A DNA stretch of 64,000 nucleotides, from the NCBI GenBank assembly GCA_023382795.1, contig JAHDWT010000004.1:42650-106649 (forward strand), given 5' to 3'. Position 1 is the stretch's first letter; each line of letters opens with the position of its first letter. Both the position numbers and the translations under genes were made by a program. Shown piece after piece: positions 57,843 through 64,000 of the stretch. The notes below the pieces were generated by a model that saw only the letters and a list, made by a program, of their open reading frames with translations, made no database searches and was not told the DNA's origin. Source of the stretch: Candidatus Babelota bacterium. GTDB lineage: Bacteria; Babelota; Babeliae; Babelales; Vermiphilaceae.

Positions 57843-59648
57843 ATGAATACTACTCATAACTTCGATGTTATTGTAATTGGCGGCGGACATGCCGGTGTAG
57901 AAGCTGCTTATGCTGCTGCCAACATGGGATCCAAAACACTCCTCATCACCCTTTCAGTTGAAAGTATCGGCCGCATGCCATGCAACCCGGCTATCGGTGG
58001 CGTAGGTAAAGGCCATATCGTATTTGAAATCAGCGCCTTAGGCGGACTCATGCCAAAGCTCTGCACCAAAACCTATCTGCAAGTACGTATGCTCAATACA
58101 CGGCGTGGCCCAGCGGTGCAAGGATTACGCCTACAGATAGATAAATTTGCCTATAACAAACTATGCAGTACCACCATCACTAACACTCCAAATATCACGG
58201 TAATTACCGCATCCGCACGAGAGCTTCTTACCAATGCGCAACGCGCTATCACTGGAGTCAAAACAGAGGATGGAATGATATACTCAGCTCCCTGTGTTGT
58301 GGTAACTACAGGCACCTTCTTGAACGGGCTCCTTCATTTTGGTCAATCTCAAAAACCTGGTGGGCGCAACGAAGAAGGCGTATCCTCTTCTTTGTCAGCA
58401 TCTCTTGCTTCACTTGGACTTAGACTCGGTCGCCTTAAAACAGGAACACCTCCTCGGCTCGCTCGCTCAAGCCTGGATTTCTCGGTGATGGCAAAACAAG
58501 ATGCAGATCAGCTTGATTATTTATTCGAATTTCATCCCCATCGCACCACCACAACACGCGACTGTTATATTACCTACACCAATGAACAAACTCACGAGAT
58601 AATTCGTAATAATCTCCATCTTTCGGCCATGTACTCTGGAAATATCAAAGGCATCGGCCCACGCTACTGTCCTTCTATAGAAGACAAAATATCACGCTTT
58701 GCCGATAAAACGTCACACCACGTATTTGTAGAACCAGAGGGTGCCGATTCTGACGAAATCTATCCAAATGGGCTTTCAACATCACTCCCTTATGAGATAC
58801 AAGAATGTTATATTCGATCAATCAAAGGATTTGAACAAGCGATCATTACGCGTCCAGGTTATGCTGTTGAATATGATTTTGTACATCCAGAGCAACTTAA
58901 CCATGTTCTTGAAGTTAAAAACATTAATGGTCTCTTTTTAGCCGGTCAGATCAATGGCACAACAGGATATGAAGAAGCTGCGGGACAAGGAATTATTGCC
59001 GGTATCAATGCACATCTTAAAGCACATAACCTTCCCGCATTCACGCTCAACAGAAATGAAAGCTATATCGGTGTCATGATCGACGATCTTGTAAGTCTCG
59101 GCGTTGACGAACCCTATCGCATGTTTACTTCACGCGCTGAACGACGATTATTACTCCGTCAAGATAACACGTTTTTACGTTTGACTGATCGTGCTTACCA
59201 GCTTGGCCTCATCGATGAATCTACCTATCAAGACTTTTTGCATGAAAAGAATTTATTAGAGCGCATACTCTATGACTTACGACAGAAATACACCAACAGC
59301 CAGCTCCTCAAACTATGCGAAGCGGAATATAATTTTGAATACCTAAAAAATCAGCTCCATCCGGCACTCAATGAACGCATGGCGCAAACTATGTATGCAG
59401 AAATTCGGTATGAGCCATACATTCAACGCGAAGAAAAAGAAATACAAAAATCACTGATATACCAAGACATGATTATTCCTGCATCACTTGATTACACCAA
59501 CATGCCGGGACTTTCCCGCGAACTTCAAGAAAAATTAAAAAAACATAAACCAGCAACTATCGCACAAGCAACGCTTATTCCCGGAATGACCCCTGCAGCA
59601 ATTTCGTTGCTTATTTTTAAGACACGTGAGCACCGCCAGGAGATATGA
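57843..59648 (+). CDS. mnmG: tRNA uridine 5-carboxymethylaminomethyl modification enzyme
   Basis: The FAD-binding motif DVIVIGGGHAGVEAA, GPRYCPSIEDK and the rest are co-linear with GidA/MnmG. Confidence 0.95.
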   Translation: MNTTHNFDVIVIGGGHAGVEAAYAAANMGSKTLLITLSVESIGRMPCNPAIGGVGKGHIVFEISALGGLMPKLCTKTYLQVRMLNTRRGPAVQGLRLQIDKFAYNKLCSTTITNTPNITVITASARELLTNAQRAITGVKTEDGMIYSAPCVVVTTGTFLNGLLHFGQSQKPGGRNEEGVSSSLSASLASLGLRLGRLKTGTPPRLARSSLDFSVMAKQDADQLDYLFEFHPHRTTTTRDCYITYTNEQTHEIIRNNLHLSAMYSGNIKGIGPRYCPSIEDKISRFADKTSHHVFVEPEGADSDEIYPNGLSTSLPYEIQECYIRSIKGFEQAIITRPGYAVEYDFVHPEQLNHVLEVKNINGLFLAGQINGTTGYEEAAGQGIIAGINAHLKAHNLPAFTLNRNESYIGVMIDDLVSLGVDEPYRMFTSRAERRLLLRQDNTFLRLTDRAYQLGLIDESTYQDFLHEKNLLERILYDLRQKYTNSQLLKLCEAEYNFEYLKNQLHPALNERMAQTMYAEIRYEPYIQREEKEIQKSLIYQDMIIPASLDYTNMPGLSRELQEKLKKHKPATIAQATLIPGMTPAAISLLIFKTREHRQEI

Positions 59649-59757
59649 TAGACATCTATCTACACTCGCAACTAGCCACAACAGCATACATGGCCTTTGA
59701 TATACCAACAGCATGAACTGCTTTATACTAAACGTATCTTAATTTTGCGGGGATACC

Positions 59758-60555
59758 ATGTACCGAGAACTTTTACCTATTTGGGGACCAATTTCGATTA
59801 ATAGCTTCGGGCTCTGCATCTCTATCGGATTCATGTTTTTTATGCAGCTTATTTTGCGTAGCTCCGCACGAAAAGCGCTCATCTCCGATCAACAGTTGAA
59901 CACTTTATTACTTGGTGGTATCGCAGCAACATTGTTGGGCAGCAGAACCTTGTATCTTGTGCAAAATTGGCATTCGCTGCATTCTTGGACAGATATCTTT
60001 GCCATTTCTGATGGAGGTCTTTCTATCATGGGTGGCATCTTAAGTTGCATCATATGGGTTTGGTTTTTTAGTATCGCGCACCACATTCCTACCCTTCCAT
60101 TGTTCGATACACTGGTACTCGATGTCCCTATGTTACAAGCATTTGGACGATTGGGATGCTTCTGTGCTGGATGCTGTCATGGGACAACCTGCAACTCCTG
60201 GCATGCCGTTACGTACACAGATCCAAAATCATTTGCTCCACTTCACATACCTTTGCATCCAACGCAACTATACAGCGCTCTAAGCCTACTTGTTATATGT
60301 TTAATACTTTACCTTATTGCACGAAGAAAACCTGCTCCCGGAACACTACTTGGCGTCTATTTGCTACTCAGTGGCGCCGAAAGATTTGTCATTGATTTCT
60401 GGCGAGCAGATCGTGAATTTATGCCACATCATTATTTAAAGTTATTCTCATTGCATCAGTGGCTAGCACTTTTATTTATCATGGTAGCATTCATGTTATT
60501 AATGCTCATTCCTCGCTTACGGCCATCCAGGATAACCACGCATGAACCAATTTAG
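59758..60555 (+). CDS. lgt: prolipoprotein diacylglyceryl transferase
   Basis: GGLSIMGG, FGRLGCFCAGCCHG and HPTQLY motifs, with multiple TM segments. Confidence 0.9.
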   Translation: MYRELLPIWGPISINSFGLCISIGFMFFMQLILRSSARKALISDQQLNTLLLGGIAATLLGSRTLYLVQNWHSLHSWTDIFAISDGGLSIMGGILSCIIWVWFFSIAHHIPTLPLFDTLVLDVPMLQAFGRLGCFCAGCCHGTTCNSWHAVTYTDPKSFAPLHIPLHPTQLYSALSLLVICLILYLIARRKPAPGTLLGVYLLLSGAERFVIDFWRADREFMPHHYLKLFSLHQWLALLFIMVAFMLLMLIPRLRPSRITTHEPI

Positions 60556-62326
60556 CTATCTTAAAGAACGCGTCTCGATCCTCGACGTCGTAGGAGAATA
60601 CACAACGCTCAAAAAAGCAGGCACCTATTGGAAGGGGCATTGCCCTTTTCATAGCGAAAAAACTGCTTCTTTCACGGTCAGCCCACACAAAGAGATTTTC
60701 TATTGTTTCGGTTGCCATGTAGGAGGGGACGCAATTTCTTTTATCGCCAAAGTTGAACATTGTTCTGCAAGCGAAGCTGTTCAGCACTTAGCAGAACGCT
60801 ATAACATCACGCTTCCCACAGAATTTCATCAAGAGCTCCCCAAGCAGGACAAGAAGCACTATTACGAAATTTGTGAATTTCTTGCACTGTGGTGCCATGG
60901 ACAACTCAAGCGATCTCCTGCGGGGCTCCATTATCTTCTTAAGCGTGGTTTTACCAAAGATAGCATGCAACTCTTTACACTTGGCTATCTTCCGGGTGGA
61001 TACCAACGCATTAAAGAACTCATCACCGCTGCACAAAAACAGAATATTTTGGTTAAAGATCTTATTGAGTTTGGCTTTGTGCAGGAAGGAAAAACGGTTC
61101 TTTATTCTTCATTTGAAGAACGCATCATATTTCCCATTAAAGATCATCTTGGTAGATTTTGTGGGTTTGGTGGACGCATCTTTAAACCTGATGACGAACG
61201 CCCAAAATATTATAATTCTCGAGAAAATCCTTTTTTTAGTAAGGGAGCATTATTATTCGGTTTTGACAGAGCAAAAAAGTCAATGCAGCAAACCGAACTC
61301 GCTTTTCTTGTAGAAGGCTATGTTGACTGCATAGCAATGGTGCAACATGGATTTACCAATACTATTGCTACTCTTGGTACAGCCTGCACACCGGAACATC
61401 TCAAATTATTATCCCGCTACATAAAAAAACTGTTCGTAGTTTATGATGGCGATAAAGCCGGAAGAGATGCAATTATCCGTCTTACCAGCCTTTGTTGGCA
61501 AGCTAACTTGGAGTTAAGTGTTGTACAACTACCAGAACATGAAGATCCTGCATCGTTATTAACAAAAGAAAAAGACCTCACCCCTTACCTACACGAGGCT
61601 CAAGATATTTTTGTTTTCTTCATAAAAAATATATCCGAAGGCTTTTCAGAAAAGCCTATGGCCGAAAAAATCGCCACAACCAAAAAGCTCCTGGCTACCA
61701 TCAATACCGTTACGGATACCATCGCGCAAGATCTACTCCTGCAAAGAGCTTCAAAGGTGCTTAGTATTCCCTTTGAAACTCTCAAACATGAGCTTGAAAA
61801 GCTCAAGAATACCAAGAGTGGTAGTACACTAACCAAGGAACATGAATCGGCTCCGCTTACCCAGAAGGCCACCACTTTAAAGACTAGCCCCTCATCCATC
61901 AGCGAACACAAACTAGAAAAGGCGCTATTTTCTGCCATAATCAACAATATAGAGCTTATTAAAGAACCAAACATTCAAGTACTTCTTGAACATCTACCTT
62001 CCCCATGGCACGATATCCTGATCAAGCTTCGCAATCTCAAGCAAGAAACCCCTTCATTGAGTTTTATCGACTTTTTTGATATCCTAGATAGTTGTGAAAG
62101 AGAGTTTTTAAGTAAATGTTTACTGGAATATGAGGGGGAATTTGAACCTGCCATGATTGAAGCTCTGATTTTACAGCTTCAGCGTAATCACTGGAAAACC
62201 ATAGTAAACAGTTTTAAAAAACAGCTCGACACCGCAAAAAAAAGAGGCGACCACGTAAAAGAACAGCAGCTTTTACACGATTTTCTCGCGCTGAAAAAAA
62301 AATTATTGACCATTAATCTTCCATAA
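60542..62326 (+). CDS. dnaG: DNA primase
   Basis: Zinc ribbon CPFHSEKTASFTVSPHKEIFYCFGCHVGGD, the TOPRIM EGYVDC...DGDKAG and a C-terminal helical domain. Confidence 0.93.
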   Translation: MNQFSYLKERVSILDVVGEYTTLKKAGTYWKGHCPFHSEKTASFTVSPHKEIFYCFGCHVGGDAISFIAKVEHCSASEAVQHLAERYNITLPTEFHQELPKQDKKHYYEICEFLALWCHGQLKRSPAGLHYLLKRGFTKDSMQLFTLGYLPGGYQRIKELITAAQKQNILVKDLIEFGFVQEGKTVLYSSFEERIIFPIKDHLGRFCGFGGRIFKPDDERPKYYNSRENPFFSKGALLFGFDRAKKSMQQTELAFLVEGYVDCIAMVQHGFTNTIATLGTACTPEHLKLLSRYIKKLFVVYDGDKAGRDAIIRLTSLCWQANLELSVVQLPEHEDPASLLTKEKDLTPYLHEAQDIFVFFIKNISEGFSEKPMAEKIATTKKLLATINTVTDTIAQDLLLQRASKVLSIPFETLKHELEKLKNTKSGSTLTKEHESAPLTQKATTLKTSPSSISEHKLEKALFSAIINNIELIKEPNIQVLLEHLPSPWHDILIKLRNLKQETPSLSFIDFFDILDSCEREFLSKCLLEYEGEFEPAMIEALILQLQRNHWKTIVNSFKKQLDTAKKRGDHVKEQQLLHDFLALKKKLLTINLP

Positions 62327-62338
62327 ATTGGATCTCTG

Positions 62339-64000
62339 ATGAAAAAAAGCACAAAACCAACCCAAGGGGCTTCTGGTACCAAAGCCAAGGCAAAACCTGC
62401 CACTCCAAAATCAACATCTCCTACCACAAAAAAATCAGCAAAGCCAAAACGCACTTCTTCATCATTGCTTGCCAATAAAAAAGAATCGACCAAGTTACAT
62501 TCCACCCTTTCTGATCTGGACGTACAAAAAATAGCTGCAAATCTCATCGAACGCGGAAAAGAGGCTGGTGGCATCGTTTCTTATGAAGAAACAATGGAGT
62601 TCGCTGAAAAGCACAACCTCACCGATCAAGAAACTTCAGTCTTGTTGAAAATTATGGATCGAGAAGGTCTCGAGCTTGTAAGTCTTGAGGAACTCGACTC
62701 TGCTCATGCCGGCATCCATGATTTTGAGCGTGAAGAACCAGATTTAAAACGGGGCGGTGGGCTTGAAGGATCACTAGCTATTACTTCAGAACTTCTTGAA
62801 GACAATGAAGTTTCTGCTGGTGACGACGAGGGTGTCGAAAAAGCTACCGTACGTGAAACAGCGGGTAACACCCAGATCACCGATGGCGTGAAGTCTTATT
62901 TGCGCGACATAGGCAAAATTCCGCTTCTTAATAAAAAAACTGAAACTGACATTGCCAATCGCATCGCCCAAGGCAAAAGTGAATCGGTCGATGCCATTTC
63001 TCGTTTTCCGTTTATTCACAAAGAATTCGTAGCAATGGCCGAACGTCTTGAAAAAAACACGCTACCACTTAAAGACGTTATACAGTTTTCAGAAAATCCA
63101 CTGAAAGCCGATGATGAAAAAAAGAAGGAAGATGAAAAGAAAAAGCCTTCTCAAGCGGAACGTACAGAAGATGAAGCCGTTTCAAAGATGGAGGAAGAAA
63201 AAGCCAAGCTCCTTGCGGCTATTGCTGACATCAAAGATCGTGTTGATGGCGAAGAAAAAATTTATCTCAGTTATCGTGGAAAGCTGACCTCTGATACCAA
63301 AAAACAGGAAATGCTTGCTGCGGTACGCAAGAACAAAGAAGAAATCGGCAAAATCATTCGCTCAATCAAGCTCAATAATAAACTTATTCGTAAATTCGCG
63401 AAAAAAATCGAACGGCTTGTGCAAAAGATTCGCGAAAAAGAGCAGCTCATCGCGATGACCAATGAGCACATAAAGCACTACGAATCTATGAAAAAACCGA
63501 GCCAAGACCAACTGCATGAACTTGAAGAGCTCAAAAGAAATGTTCGTGCTGCCGCCAAAATGATTAAGAAGACAGAAATCGAAGCAGGACTACCTCGCGA
63601 TCTCATTGTTCGTTATTACAATCAGCTCATGGCCGGTCAGCGAAAAGATAAACGTGCTAAAGATGACTTGGCACGTGCCAACCTACGTCTGGTTGTTAAT
63701 ATCGCAAAGCGTTACGTAAATCGCGGTTTACACTTTTTGGATCTTATTCAAGAAGGTAACATCGGCCTGATGAAGGCGGTAGAAAAATTTGAATTTGAAC
63801 GCGGATTTAAATTTTCCACGTACGCAACTTGGTGGATCCGACAAGCTATCACACGTGCTATTGCGGATCAATCACGCACCATTCGTGTCCCTGTACACAT
63901 GGTCGAAACCTTAAATAAAATCAACAAAATTAAGCGCACTTTTATTCAGGAGCACGGTAGAGAGCCATCGCATGCCGAGCTTTCTAAAGAGCTCAATCTT
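62339..64000 (+). CDS. rpoD: primary sigma-70 factor, 3'-truncated by the window edge (not in the ORF track)
   Basis: The frame from the ATG at 62339 is open for 554 codons to nt 64000. Region 2 reads [73 protein letters not shown]. It follows dnaG, as in the classical dnaG-rpoD arrangement. Confidence 0.93.
   Translation, partial: MKKSTKPTQGASGTKAKAKPATPKSTSPTTKKSAKPKRTSSSLLANKKESTKLHSTLSDLDVQKIAANLIERGKEAGGIVSYEETMEFAEKHNLTDQETSVLLKIMDREGLELVSLEELDSAHAGIHDFEREEPDLKRGGGLEGSLAITSELLEDNEVSAGDDEGVEKATVRETAGNTQITDGVKSYLRDIGKIPLLNKKTETDIANRIAQGKSESVDAISRFPFIHKEFVAMAERLEKNTLPLKDVIQFSENPLKADDEKKKEDEKKKPSQAERTEDEAVSKMEEEKAKLLAAIADIKDRVDGEEKIYLSYRGKLTSDTKKQEMLAAVRKNKEEIGKIIRSIKLNNKLIRKFAKKIERLVQKIREKEQLIAMTNEHIKHYESMKKPSQDQLHELEELKRNVRAAAKMIKKTEIEAGLPRDLIVRYYNQLMAGQRKDKRAKDDLARANLRLVVNIAKRYVNRGLHFLDLIQEGNIGLMKAVEKFEFERGFKFSTYATWWIRQAITRAIADQSRTIRVPVHMVETLNKINKIKRTFIQEHGREPSHAELSKELNL

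Noticed and set aside
1-64000. Scan for CRISPR arrays, IS/transposase, integrase, phage or toxin-antitoxin modules, and for rRNA, tmRNA, RNase P or SRP RNAs.
   Set aside because: I saw no regularly spaced direct repeats. No ORF has DDE/tyrosine-recombinase or phage hallmark motifs. Intergenic spacers are mostly under 250 nt and are accounted for by promoters or terminators. Only one tRNA was found. The scan was visual, so short or degenerate elements could have been missed.

Overview
Densely packed chromosomal window from a diderm (Gram-negative-type) bacterium with a compact genome. I cannot place it taxonomically from sequence alone. The mix of salvage genes and many orphan signal-peptide proteins suggests a host-dependent lifestyle, but that is speculation. 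I support about 58 protein genes, one tRNA-Ser(CGA), six intrinsic-terminator hairpins and a few tentative promoters. I saw no rRNA, CRISPR array, transposase, integrase or phage genes. Recognisable housekeeping genes: copA, a LOG-family protein, rsmA, mreB, glmU, sbcD, two SurA/PrsA-like chaperones, comF, lspA, pheT, an RRM RNA-binding protein, PGI/PMI, a PRTase, TolC-MacA-split MacB, upp, guanine deaminase, two ABC-2 exporters, crcB-murB-yhhQ, tgt-trmH, an APC permease, mraY, mnmG and lgt-dnaG-rpoD. The rpoD gene (62339 to the window end) is missing from the ORF track because it has no stop inside the window. The first ORF is open to nt 2, so it is 5'-truncated. Many track ORFs begin at upstream TTG/GTG codons; I moved starts to ATG/GTG codons preceded by an AAGGAG-like Shine-Dalgarno where one is visible. 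Items most worth a second look: (1) a tgt whose substrate-pocket residues deviate from canonical bacterial enzymes, about 6 kb from a yhhQ transporter, suggesting queuine or other 7-deazapurine salvage. (2) A signal-peptide-bearing J-domain (HPD) protein co-transcribed with tgt. (3) Two exported paralogs with twin GxxH motifs (TIKI/TraB/ChaN-like) bracketing an amino-acid permease module. (4) A 1226-aa exported orphan protein with a small exported partner. (5) A tandem paralog pair whose second copy appears frameshifted. All domain calls are by-eye motif recognition; no database search was possible.
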